A DNA stretch of 63,751 nt, filler included, from Hyphochytrium catenoides (Eukaryota; Protista; Hyphochytriomycota): assembly GCA_900088475.1 (NCBI GenBank). It is 12 parts of 12 records of this genome, joined end to end, with 100 filler letters (N's around TTAATTAATTAA, not from the genome) between each part and the next. Parts side by side here need not be neighbours in the genome. Positions count along the whole stretch, not along the records: positions 36,964 to 43,127 come from FLMG01004281.1; positions 43,228 to 48,820 come from FLMG01002962.1; positions 48,921 to 51,309 come from FLMG01001808.1; 9 more parts are not named here. One strand, written 5' to 3'. Shown in pieces: positions 39,762 through 51,135 of the stretch (positions are counted from its first letter, which is position 1; each line of letters starts with the position of its first letter). Position numbers and translations under genes: made by a program. Under the pieces are notes generated by a model. The model was not told where the DNA came from, made no database searches, and saw only the letters and a program-made list of their open reading frames with translations.

Positions 39762-41987
39762 ATGAAGCTCTATTGCAGGAAAAACGACTATCGGACTCAG
39801 AAGGTCCTCATTGCTGCGGACTATGCGGGCGTGACACTCGACTTGGATTACAACGTGGAAAAGATTCCTGAGCTGTGTGACCCTGCCAAGGCTCCTCTTT
39901 TGGAGACCGATGATCAGGGACACATATTCCAGAGTAACGCCATCCTTAGGTACATCTCTTCTATAAAGGCAGACAGTGCACTTTATGGCGTTGCGGAGTT
40001 CCAGAAATCGCAAGTCGATCAGTGGTTGGACTTCTCCTGGACCGATATTGAGCTTCCTCTGGCTGTTCAAGCTGCCGGGGCTGCGGGCTCTAGCGCTGAC
40101 GCTGTCAAGCGCGCTTCCAAAGACCTTGAGCGATCTCTCGGAGTGCTCAATGGCCACTTGAAGGGCAACACCTTCATTGTCGGAGAGCGGGTATCGGCGG
40201 CCGATATAGCCTTAGCTTGTGCACTAGTGAGGAGTTTCACTGGCCAGGATGGCAAAGCCCTAGCGCATAAGTTTAGCCATGTGACCAGGTGGTTCTTCAC
40301 CTGCATGCATCAACCTGTATTCATCAAAGTGATTGGGAAGGTACTGCTTGGAAGTGGCGCAGAAGAAAAAGATGCCAAGGGGGGAAAAACCAAAGGGCAG
40401 GGGAAAGCGGTATCGGCCGCCCCTGCGTCCAAGTCCACGGGATCTGCACCGTTACCTCCTGCCAGCAAAGGTGCAGCAAGTACTGGTGTGACTGATGGAA
40501 TCCTCAAGAGCTCAAATGTTCTGAAAAACTCCGTGGCGCCGTCATCTTTGTTCAAGCGCAACCGCATTCGTATCCGCGAACTTCTGGCCCAGGGACTAGA
40601 CGCAGTTGACTCCACAGTTACGGTGAAGGGCTGGTGCAAGACCCTCCGTGAAGGCGGCAAAGGCGCTTTTGCCTTTGTGGAGCTGAATGACGGGTCCTGT
40701 TTCGCCAATCTGCAAATTGTAGTCAACTCTGGGGAGACAAAGGGCTTCCAGGAGGTTCTTGATCATGGAGGTGTCGGAGCTTCATTTGCTTTTGTTGGGG
40801 TCGTGGTCAAGAGTCCAGCCAAGGGCCAGTTGGTCGAGCTCAAGGCAACAGAGGCAGAAGTGCTAGGAGGAACTGATAAAGCGGCTTACCCTCTTGCGAA
40901 GAAGCGCCACACGCTAGAGTTCTTGCGTGAAATAGCACACTTGAGGCCTCGATCCAACTTCCACGGCGCTGCCATGCGGGTTCGTAACGCAATGGCTTAC
41001 GCCACACACAAGTTTTTTAACGACCGCGGCTTCTACTATATCCACACGCCCCTTATCACTGCCTCAGACTGTGAGGGCGCTGGGGAGATGTTCGCGGTGA
41101 CGACTCTGCTACCCAAGGACGCGAAGCAGCAGCTACCGAGGGGCAAAGACGGAGCAATTGACTACCATCAAGACTTCTTCTCAAAGCAAGCCTTCCTCAC
41201 AGTCTCAGGGCAGCTCAACGTAGAAACCCACAGCTGCGCTTTAGGTGACTGCTACACCTTTGGTCCAACTTTTAGGGCAGAAAATTCCCACACTTCACGG
41301 CACTTGGCCGAGTTCTGGATGATCGAACCAGAAATCTCTTTCGCGGATCTGAATGATGATATCAATCTTGCTGAGGACTACGTTAAATACCTGGTGCAAT
41401 GGGCGCTGGACAACTGCAGAGAAGATCTTGCGTTCTTCGAAGAACGAGTGGAGAAAGGGCTCATCAAGAGATTAGAGAATGTTCTGGCCGAACCGTTTGC
41501 CCGTATTGACTACACTGAGGCTATCAATCTTGTGACAGACCCCAAGGTGCTGAAGGCCGCCAACTTTGAAAGGGTTCCCAAGTGGGGAGATGACCTGGGC
41601 TCTGAGCATGAGCGATACATCACGGAGAAGATCTACAAGAAGCCAGTAGTCGTAAAGAACTACCCCAAGGACATTAAGGCTTTCTACATGCGGCTCAATG
41701 ATGATAACAAGACTGTCGCGGCTGCAGATATTTTGGTACCAGGAATTGGAGAGCTTATCGGAGGCTCACAACGTGAGGAGCGGATGGAGGTGCTAGAGCA
41801 GCGCTGCAAGGAGATGGACGTGCATATTGAGGGCCTGCAGTGGTACTTGGACCTCCGACGATATGGCAGTGTGCCGCATGCAGGCTTTGGGCTGGGCTTT
41901 GAACGGCTAATTCAATTTGTGACCGGCATCGAGAACATTAGGGATGTCATTGCCTTCCCACGCTGGCCAGGAAATGTCAACTTCTAA
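39762..41987 (+). CDS. asnS: Asparagine--tRNA ligase with N-terminal GST-like (EF1Bgamma-type) domain, intronless, 741 aa
   Basis: N-terminus: IFQSNAILRYI, SQVDQWLDF, LNGHLKGNTFIVGERVSAADIAL, HVTRWFFTCMHQPVF (GST N and C domains). A low-complexity linker follows, then the OB fold (VTVKGW, FVELNDGS) and the class II core (HLRPRSN, DCEGAGEMF, LTVSGQL, FGPTFRAENSHTSRHLAEFWMIEPE, ELIGGSQREER, PHAGFGLGFER). Confidence 0.97.
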   Translation: MKLYCRKNDYRTQKVLIAADYAGVTLDLDYNVEKIPELCDPAKAPLLETDDQGHIFQSNAILRYISSIKADSALYGVAEFQKSQVDQWLDFSWTDIELPLAVQAAGAAGSSADAVKRASKDLERSLGVLNGHLKGNTFIVGERVSAADIALACALVRSFTGQDGKALAHKFSHVTRWFFTCMHQPVFIKVIGKVLLGSGAEEKDAKGGKTKGQGKAVSAAPASKSTGSAPLPPASKGAASTGVTDGILKSSNVLKNSVAPSSLFKRNRIRIRELLAQGLDAVDSTVTVKGWCKTLREGGKGAFAFVELNDGSCFANLQIVVNSGETKGFQEVLDHGGVGASFAFVGVVVKSPAKGQLVELKATEAEVLGGTDKAAYPLAKKRHTLEFLREIAHLRPRSNFHGAAMRVRNAMAYATHKFFNDRGFYYIHTPLITASDCEGAGEMFAVTTLLPKDAKQQLPRGKDGAIDYHQDFFSKQAFLTVSGQLNVETHSCALGDCYTFGPTFRAENSHTSRHLAEFWMIEPEISFADLNDDINLAEDYVKYLVQWALDNCREDLAFFEERVEKGLIKRLENVLAEPFARIDYTEAINLVTDPKVLKAANFERVPKWGDDLGSEHERYITEKIYKKPVVVKNYPKDIKAFYMRLNDDNKTVAAADILVPGIGELIGGSQREERMEVLEQRCKEMDVHIEGLQWYLDLRRYGSVPHAGFGLGFERLIQFVTGIENIRDVIAFPRWPGNVNF

Positions 41988-43264
41988 ACTGCTGTGTGGG
42001 CCTAGTTAGACAATGTGTCCTTGTAGAGAACCACTCAATAAAGGGAAATGTGAGCTAGTTGACAGCACTATGAGCGCCATAAGGGTACAGAGGATGCCCT
42101 GAGAAGAGCGATTGCGGTCAGACTATCCGCTGGCTTTGTTGACACTGCTAAGGCTTGTGATCAGTTACGTCTCCATGATAGAATGGGTAGCCCGTCTAAC
42201 TTAGTGTCAAGAAAGGAAACCCGAGTCAGACGGGGGCACTCACAGCAATAGACTCAATGTCTATTTTCAAGCCTACACTTTGCTATCATCAGGATACCTC
42301 TTATGCGGAACATAGAACCTTACGAGAGTTGACTTGCTTGCCCTTCTTCTTGAGTGGACGCAATCAATGAAACCCAACCCATACTTTTGACGCCGCAAAA
42401 AGTCCTATTCTTCAGGGAAACAAACTGCCGTCGTTGAAGCAGATTAGAGGCCCAAGGCTGCGAGGCACAAGGCTGAGGAGGCCAGCCCATCATCTCCACG
42501 AGGGGGCAATGAATGGAAGGCCTTGCGCTGGTCCAGGGAGCCGCCCGCGGCGCGAGCGAGCACCTCACTGGCGCTCGTCCGTTACCGTTTTGGCAGGTCC
42601 TTGTCTGATTATCGAGCTGCGGTCCTGGTAGTAACTACCCATCGTTGTATGCCTTGGATTCCGCATTAGCTAGGTCTACAGGTGGATTCTGAGCGATCAG
42701 AGCCCTCTTTATTCATAATCCTTACTGGGGACTTTGGGTTGTGAATCTTTTTTGAGATCCTTTCCCATCACTTCTTCCCACCCCGAGGGCAGCCGGCGCC
42801 GCGGTATCAAGACGAGGAACGCAGCTCACTCAGAATGCCATTCTTATAGACCTTGCTTCTGGCCGTGTCACCTTCTTCAGGGCATTGACGCATTGACACC
42901 GCAGTCAACCTGCTCTTTCCCTGCATGTGCTGCGCCGTCACACTATTTGTCGTCGTGAGTGGAAGCCGGATCAAACGCATAGCTTGAGGACGCGTCACAT
43001 CCCTTTTCCTCACGTTCTTCCAGGGGAAGAGCGGTAGGTAAGGGGCTGGGAGTCTGCCCAGCTTTTGTCGTTTTCTCAGGGCGGCTTGCCAGTGAAAAGA
43101 GAAACAGGAAGAATCACGATGTCGAGCNNNNNNNNNNNNNNNNNNNNNNNNNNNNNNNNNNNNNNNNNNNNTTAATTAATTAANNNNNNNNNNNNNNNNN
43201 NNNNNNNNNNNNNNNNNNNNNNNNNNNGAGAGAGAGAGAGAGAGAGAGAGAAAGAAGGTCTTAC

Positions 43265-43554
43265 TCCACTAAGTGTCCGCTGCACTAAGACCCTGGAAAC
43301 GTCCTTGAAATGAACTTGTGACCGGTTCAGGATAGGAAGGTTCATTTGCCCTACACCAGCAGCGACGAGGAGCAGGGAAAGACAGCGGGAGAGAGTGAGG
43401 GAGAAAAGAAGGACAAAAAGAGAGATTGATTATTGAGGAGAGAGGAAAGGAGAAAAGAGTTGTTCAGTGTTGAGGCTTGCGAATGTCTTTGAAGAGAAAG
43501 GTTCCCACTTTCGTCCTCAGGCCTACATCCTTCCTCGTCGGCCCCTCTCACAAA

Positions 43555-43607
<53 letters not shown>

Positions 43608-43608
43608 C

Positions 43609-43645
<37 letters not shown>

Positions 43646-46600
43646 TCCTCTCTCTCTCTCTGTCTGATTCCATCTCTTCCATCTTTCCGCTCTCCCTCTC
43701 CCTCTCTGTCTCTTTCCTCCTTCTCTCTCCCCTTCCACTCTCCCTTTCGCTCTGTTTCTCCTTCATTCTCTCTCTCTTTTCTCTTCCCTCTCTCTCTCTC
43801 TCTCNNNNNNNNNNNNNNNNNNNNNNNNNNNNNNNNNNNNNNNGCCTTTAAATCCAAAGGGCGGCCACATGCGCATGAGCATCTCACAGAGCTCGTCCAA
43901 GGAGACAAAACAGCTCGCCTCTGGATCATATTCGGCCCAAAGCTCTGTAAACTCAGACAGAGCTCGTCCATTTATCGGAGAATCGTCCGACGCGTCTCCG
44001 ATGGCGTCCACGACAATGCCTGAGAAGAGATTCATCGCCACATAGCCGACAACCAAGTAAAAGCTGTACATAAAGGGAACAATGAGCCAGGAGCCGCAGC
44101 CGTCCAGCGGGAGACACGCGTCTGGATTGGACCCGACAAAGCCACAAAGGCCGGGATCAAAGGCGCGGTCATCACATTGCGGATTGCTCTGCGGCTTGGT
44201 CCCATACAATTCCCAGGTAAACGAGGTATAATCTTCGCCCGTGGCAAAGCCAATTAACGTCTGCAAGGCCAGCCAGAACGTCTGGAAGTTCTGATGCTCA
44301 TTGAGAAGGCGGTCCGCGTTCTCGGCTGGAGAGTTTTCAGGAAGAGTGATGGCAACCTTAGCGAATAGCTGGACACCGACAGCGCAATAGATGTAGAAGA
44401 GAAGCATCAGCAGACTGGTGACGTTGCCCACGGCCGGGAGAGAGACCAGCAGCGTCTCAAAGAGATTCCTCATAATGTTTGCCTTGTTAATCAACCGCAA
44501 GGCTCTTCCCACGCGGAAGACACGGATTACCGTGGCTGCAGGACCAAAGGAGAGAGAGGACGTGAAGACAGGGAGAAGAAACGAGGTGAGAGAGAGTACG
44601 ACAATCGCGCCATCAAAGCGATTCCACGCGTCCAGGACATAGTTCTTGGGCCCCAGCGCGATCAATTTGAGCACCGCTTCCAACGTGAAGATCGTGGCAA
44701 AGCCATAGTTAAAACCCTCGAGCACCGCGGAGTATCCGCGGTCTTGTCCATAATATTGCGCGGCCATGCAGACCATGTTGACCAGGATGCAGCCCATAAT
44801 GAACAGGTCAAACCAGGTGTAAGAGATGAGCTTGAAGCAGAGAAGACGGAACTTGTTGGACGGCGGCGTGTGGCGGAAGGTAGGCGAGATGGCCAAGACT
44901 TTCCTATGCAGACGGATCCAGTCCATTTGTTCCTCGGTCACCATGGACAGACCGCCATAGTTTTCCCTCATAAACGAGTCACAGAGGACACCGATGAACA
45001 GATTCGTCACGAAGAACGCGCAGACGATCATAAACAGCATCCAGAAGAGCATCCACGCCTCGTTGTGGTTCGTTAGTGGCTGCATGTCCGGTCCGCGGCT
45101 GTCCACAGTGGCCAAGGCCACGTCCATCCAGCCTTCCATGGACGTGATTTCGTACAGAGACATCATCGCATAGATAATGTTATCAAAGCTTTGTGGGACC
45201 ACTGACGCCCACTCTGTCTCGTGGCTGTCTTGGAAGCATAGGCAGATTTCCTTAGAGGTTGGGACGTAGAAGGGATCTCTATTCGCGCCTTCAGGGAAGC
45301 TGCAGCTGCTGTTCCAGGAAGAGACCCAGTCTCTCTCTCCCTCTGTCATGTTGGCCCAGGCGCGGGGATAGGTCATAAAGTCGTACAGACGAAGGTCTTC
45401 CGCGGAGTAGTTGCCCGTGTAAGACGGCGGGAACCATGGCGGCGGAGGGAGGGGAGAGAGCGGCGCCGAGAGAGAGGAGAGAGACGGGAGTCTTTCCTGA
45501 TAGTTGTACGGGCTAATCGAGCAAGAGGAGAGCGCTCCTTTGAAGAATGTCACACAGACAATCCCAAAGAGGTAGAGCATGAAGACGAAGAAGAGAAGCG
45601 TCTTAAAAATGTCCGGAAGACAGCGAAAGAGCGTGTTAACCACCAGCTTGAGCTGTGGCATCTTGTTGATCACTCTCAGAGGCCGCAGCGCACGGAGAGA
45701 GCGCAGCGCTCTCAACCCAGAGAGAACGCCTCCTGCCGCAGGTCTCTTTCTTGATAGTGCAACCCCTTTGCCTCCTACTCCTCCTCCTCCTTCGAAAGTG
45801 TCTGCGGTGCTCTCCCAAGAGAGAGAAGAGAAGAAAGAGGCCAAGGAGACGATGACGATGAAGAAATCCAGGATCCGCCAGCCATCCCGTAAGTAGCTGC
45901 CCTTATTCAGAACGAAGCCAATTGCAATGACAGTGACGACCATCTCGGTCGTGAATAATAAGGCGAAGATGTCGTTGCACGTGTAGATCACTAATCCGAG
46001 ACCGGTGTGCGGATCCAGAAGAGGAGTGTCCAGAGCCATGAGCATGCAGGATGCGGCGATGGAGAGAGAGACACCGTATCCCCATTCTTTTCTGCCTATG
46101 AGAAAGAGACAGAATCGACGGACAGGGTTGGAGCGAGAAAAGAGAAAGAGACTTCGGTCCTCTTTTTCTTTCTTTTCTCTTCTCTCTCTCTCTCTTGAGC
46201 CATCTCCGTCTCCTCCATCAGTCTTCTCCTTTATCTTCTGACCACCTGTCATCAACGTCTTGGATGCAGAAGAAGAAGGGGGATGAGGAAGGGACGCAGG
46301 AGAGAGAGAAGAAGATGATGGAAGCTGCAGGTTCCTTTCTTCTTCTTTCGTCTTCTCTTTTTCTTCAGCTGTTGGCCGTTCTTGCTCTTCTGCTTCTGTC
46401 TTCTCTTCCGTTCTCTTCTCCTTCTCTCCTGCCCCTTTCTCTCTTCCTCCTTCCTCTTCCCCTTCCTCTCTTCCTTGAGAAGCGCGAGAGGAACTGCCGT
46501 CGGGGTAGATTTCTCTCGCGACATGAGGAAGATGTTCCCTAAGGATTCTCCTAAAAATTCGCCTCGCCTGACGAATGCGAAGAGATGCCACCTTTCTCTG

Positions 46601-46970
46601 CTCTTTCTCTCTCTCTTTCTTTTCTCTCTCTCTCTCTCCTCCTTCACCTTCTCTCTCGTCCTCTTCATCTTCCTCCTCTTTCTCATCTGGGTCTCCCATA
46701 CAACTCTGCACCAAAATAGCGGAAAACATATTCATCACGATCCAGACGCCAAAGACGATTGTCGCGGAGATGTAAAGCGGGGCCACCCACCCCACCGAGA
46801 GCCAGCCGTCATAGAGAATAGATGGGAAAGAGTCGTACGTGATAAGCTGGGTGGGAGAGAGAGAGAGAGAGAGAGACAGAAGAAGAGGTTATTGGCGGGG
46901 AACGGTGATGAGAGAGAGGGAGTCAACAGAAAGAGAGGAAGGAAGGAAAGGACACGTCGCCATGAACCCA

Positions 46971-47004
<34 letters not shown>

Positions 47005-47374
47005 GAGGGAGAGGGGAGAGAGAGAGAGTGAGAGAAGAGAGAGAGGGAGAGAGAGACAGAGAACAAAGTTGTTGGTTAGTTGGTCAGGAGCGAACGTAAT
47101 GTCATACAGTCACCTTTGGAGAAGGAAGGGGCTAAGAGATACCACAGAGAGAGAAAAGAAGGACGGAAATAGAGAGCAAAGAGAGAGAGAGAGAGGGGGG
47201 AGAGAGAGAGTGTGTGTGTGTGTGTGTGTTAAAGACTATCGAGAGCCAGAAAGAGCTAGGAAGAGAGCCAAAAGAACTAGGAAGAGAGCCAGAAAGAGAG
47301 CCAGTTAAAGCGTAAACTCACAGTATGAACAAGGGTAAAGGCGGTGGTGGAGAGAGCAAGTGTCAAGGAAAAGG

Positions 47375-47415
<41 letters not shown>

Positions 47416-48256
47416 GATGTGTACCTGGAAGACAGTAAAGAAAGCCCAGTGGACAGTGTCAAAGTTCGCTCTGTGAAGCTGGACAGCGGGGTCCGAGCTG
47501 TTGAAAGAGACAGGCACGTTCCTCTCGTCGAACTTGAACTTCGTTGCAAAGAGCTATGTAGAGAGAGAGAGAGTGAGAGAAGGAGAGGGAAAGAGAGAGA
47601 CAGAGAGAGAGAGAGAAAGTGAGCGCGGCAGGAGAAAAGGCAGGAGAAGAGAGCATATAACAAATAAGGCAATGAACCAAGTGAAAGATCAATGGAATGA
47701 TCGGAAAGAGAGAGAGAGAGCCAAAGAGGGAAGAAAAGAGAAAGAGAGAGGCAGACCAAGAGAGAGAGAGAGAGAGGGAGAGAGAAAGAGAAAGAGACCA
47801 GGCGTTACCTCCATGCCAATGAGGGCAAAAATGTACATGAAAAGCACGAGGAAGAAGAGAAAATTCAGAATCTCTCCCATCGCATTCATGATCGCAAGAA
47901 GCAGTCGATGAAGGCTTCGCCAGCTGCGCGCCAACTTGAACACCCTGTTAGCAGTATCAGGAATAGTGGTCAGGCCGAAGAGTAACGCATATTGAGGACT
48001 CTTTCCTTCTCTCTTCCCCTCTCTCTTCGTCTCTCTCTTCTCCTTTTTCTTTACATAGAGCCTCTCCTTTCCTCTTCGCCTTTCTCTTCCTTCTCTTCTT
48101 CTTCTTCGCGTTTCTCTTCCTTCTCTTCTTCTCTTTCTCAAGAGCCTGTCGCTCGTCAATCTTCATCGCTTTCTCTCTCTCCGTGGCTGTCGTTACGGAT
48201 GGACCCCCTGCAGCCCCACTTTCTCGTGCCAAGCTGTGCTCTATCCTCTTGCCCTT

Positions 48257-48288
<32 letters not shown>

Positions 48289-48577
48289 GAGTGCCATTGC
48301 TCTCTCTCCTCTGCTGCCAACGTTCCTCTTGGACCAATAAGAACAGCTGACAAGCAATCAACCTTCCGGTCGACGCTTCACCCCCTTCTCTCTCTTTCTC
48401 TCGTCCTCTCTCTCTTCCTTTCTCTCTCCCCTTTCTCTATTCTCTCACCTGACAGCCCTAAAAGCAGTAAAGATTCCGCTCCCTCCCTTGTTTCCATCCA
48501 AGAACGTTGGAGGATTGATCGCCACCTCCAACAGTCCCAAGACGATCGTTCCCGCGTCAAACTTATTAGAGCCGTCC
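43265..48577 (-). CDS. Four-domain voltage-gated Ca2+/Na+ channel alpha subunit (part of domain II through IV plus proximal C-terminus), both ends truncated
   Basis: Exons 48449-48577, 47809-47944, 47425-47553, ~43846-46846 and 43265-43350. S4 segments FRAVRVFKLAR, LRALRSLRALRPLRVINK and IRVFRVGRALRLI. Other motifs: YLRDGWRILDF, NLFIGVL, TEEQMDW, DAWNRFD, EF-hand-like WAEYDPEAS, and PPFGF. Confidence 0.93.
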
Positions 48578-48920
48578 CTGGACGAAGAGAGAGAGAGAGA
48601 GAGAACAGGAGACAGTGAGAGAAAGAGACAGGGATGGAGAGAGGGAAAGCATCGACATGCCCGAGAAAATGAAGGGACAGACATTGGAGAGAGAGAGGTG
48701 TTAGGCTAAATACTGAAGGGATCAAAAGAAAGGGCGAGAGACGTCGAAGGTGCAAAAGACAAAGAAATGAAAAAAGCGGAGCGAACCAGCAATTTGTGAA
48801 AGAGAGAGAGAGAGAGAGAGNNNNNNNNNNNNNNNNNNNNNNNNNNNNNNNNNNNNNNNNNNNNTTAATTAATTAANNNNNNNNNNNNNNNNNNNNNNNN
48901 NNNNNNNNNNNNNNNNNNNN

Positions 48921-49372
48921 TGAACAATATGAGCGAAGTTGTTCAGCACATGCTGGGCACATATGAAAAGGTTTTACAAGATGCTAGAGACAACTTGGAC
49001 AAAACGAGAGAGCGGATTGAGGTTGAAGGAACTCGAAGGTGGTCTGGAAAACCTTACATCTCTTATCAGGAGGGAGACCTAGTTGCTCGTTACATTCCTA
49101 ATCAACGTCCTGGTACTTCCAAGAAGCTGGATCAGCTTTGGCACGGTCCATATGTGGTGTTGGAGAAGATGGCTGACTTCACTTACCTCATCAAGCCAAC
49201 GAAGGAGCTTATTCAGAGATGGCACAACGAGAAGAAGAAGAAGCACTATGGACGGGTCCAAGTGCATACGAAGCATCTCAAGCCATATCCGAGAGGAAAT
49301 GATGATTGTGAGGGTGCTCCTCTACCCTCGGCTTCTATTGTTCATGCTGGTATTGGGGGAGGATCGTCTTGA
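48921..49372 (+). mobile_element. Ty3/gypsy retrotransposon integrase C-terminal fragment
   Basis: YQEGDLV...KKLDQLWHGPYVVLEK...TYLI...VHTKHLKPY is the GPY/F module. A purine-rich GGGGGAGG lies near the ORF end. Confidence 0.8.
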
Positions 49373-49899
49373 TCTTCAGTTGAGCAAGGGTGAGATCTGA
49401 TTGACTTGTACTCGAAGAATCTTGGCACTGTATGTTTTAGCGTAGAATGGTGAGTTTTCATCCGAGGTCTTGGTAGAACCCAGAACTGTGATGCCAGACC
49501 CACGGTTTCTCATCTAGCATAGAGTTAGAGTAGGAATTTAGTACCACGTGCCAACAGAGAGACATGTGTGAGCGATGGTTGATGATCGAGAGTGAGATGG
49601 TTGATAGAGTTGGATGGTGTGGCTATGAGAGCNNNNNNNNNNNNNNNNNNNTTCAATAGATTGAGATTTCTGACGAATAAAGACCTTGAACTCCGAATCT
49701 AGCGGGGCTTGCACGAAGGGAACTAAGCGCAAGCTTACATTCTCCTTCTCGAAGTTTCAAGGGAAATATCGTATCTTCGACGTTCACCAAATCACACCAC
49801 CGTACCTCCAAGTCCGTGAGAAATGCCCCTGCTTTCCGCTAATGTTGCCTATTCTTCGAATGTTGAAAAATTGCTGCATCGTAGGTTGAAGGAACTACT

Positions 49900-50588
49900 T
49901 GTTGGAGTCTGAGGGTGCAGCTATGTGAACTTAAGTTGGCAAGCTTAGCTACCAAAGCTCCAGCTCCACACTCCCAGTGGAAGCCGAAATATGAAGCAAA
50001 CAAAATGACCCTGTTTATCTATGGCTTATGGTCACTACCCCGGAATACCTTCAGGACCGACTCTTCTGGACAAGGGTTTCTCAATGACTGAATATCTTAG
50101 GTTAATTAGGAATAGTGGCATAGTCAGAATAGCTCTAGATTGACCTCAGTTGGGCTTACAAGTAGAGCACTCTCATCTATTGAGATTGTCCAATCACCCC
50201 ATACAAACAGTGTTGAATGGTCCCCTTCGACCCTTCACAATAGGAAGTTTGAGCTGCGGGGAGGTGTTGGAGTCTGAGGGCACAGCTATGTGGACTACAA
50301 GCTGGCAAGCTTAACTACCCAAGTTTCAGCTCCAAACTCCCAGTAGAAGCTGAGATATGAAGCCAACGAAATGTCCCTGTTTATATCTATAGCTTATGGT
50401 CAGTACCCCGCAATACCTTCAGGACTGACTGTTCTAGACAGGGATTTCTCTATGACTGAATATCTTAGGGTTTATTAGGAATAGTTGGCATAGTCAGAAT
50501 AGCTCCAGATTATGGGACCCCAGTTGGGCTTATAAGTCGAGCACTCTCATCTAATGACATTGTCCAATCATCCCATACAAATCCAACA
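49900..50588 (+). mobile_element. Two direct LTR copies (49900-50209, 50265-50588) separated by 55 bp ending in a PPT; TRIM-like or internally deleted copia
   Basis: Both copies start TGTTGGAGTCTGAGGG and align throughout. The second ends CCCATACAAATCCAACA. GCGGGGAGG lies directly before the second copy. A third fragment of the same LTR is at ~50904-50956. Confidence 0.75.
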
Positions 50589-50959
50589 AACAGTAGTCAC
50601 TCTACACATACACCTAGCTCTCAGGGACATAGACATTACGGGTACACCTGTGTTATGGGAAAGAGAGGTGTGAGGAAAAGAATTCCATGAGCTCTTTCCT
50701 GTGAACGCTGGAGCAGCACAGGAGAGAGAGATGATGAAGCAGCTGGGACGAGCAAAGTTCTTGAGACCAGCCCGACCTCATCACTCAGCATTCAAAGAAA
50801 TCTCAATCATATATCACTGCCCAGTCCCCTTTTTATCGTTTCATCTAGATTGTGCTCGTACAGAAGCTTCAGGCATTGCCACCCAGCTTTGTAAATTCAT
50901 CATTTATTAGGAATCTTTGGCATAGTCAGAATAGCTCTAGATTGTGGGACCCGAGTGAG

Positions 50960-51135
50960 TGTTATAAAGTATGGGACCTAAAGACACTCTTATTTAGGTT
51001 ATGTTGTCTACTAATATAGACAGAATGAGTATGAAGAGCTTATGGGACCTTGTTTTTCTAATTATCATGCTGTCTAGTTTGTTCTAATCAGTCACTGTGT
51101 CTTGTATTACTCTATAAATCCAGTTACTGTCTCTT
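50960..51135 (-). mobile_element. Copia LTR copy, same family as the LTR at 63495-63751, abutting a different LTR fragment
   Basis: GTATGGGA...GACACTCTTATTTAGGTTATG...GAGTATGAAGAGCTTATGGGACC...CTGTGTCT is shared with 63503-63640, and the terminus is TGTT. The copy may extend further right. Confidence 0.75.

Noticed and set aside
39762-41987. Bacterial contamination for the intronless asnS
   Set aside because: It is fused to a eukaryotic EF1Bgamma-like GST domain and shares a contig with a spliced gene.
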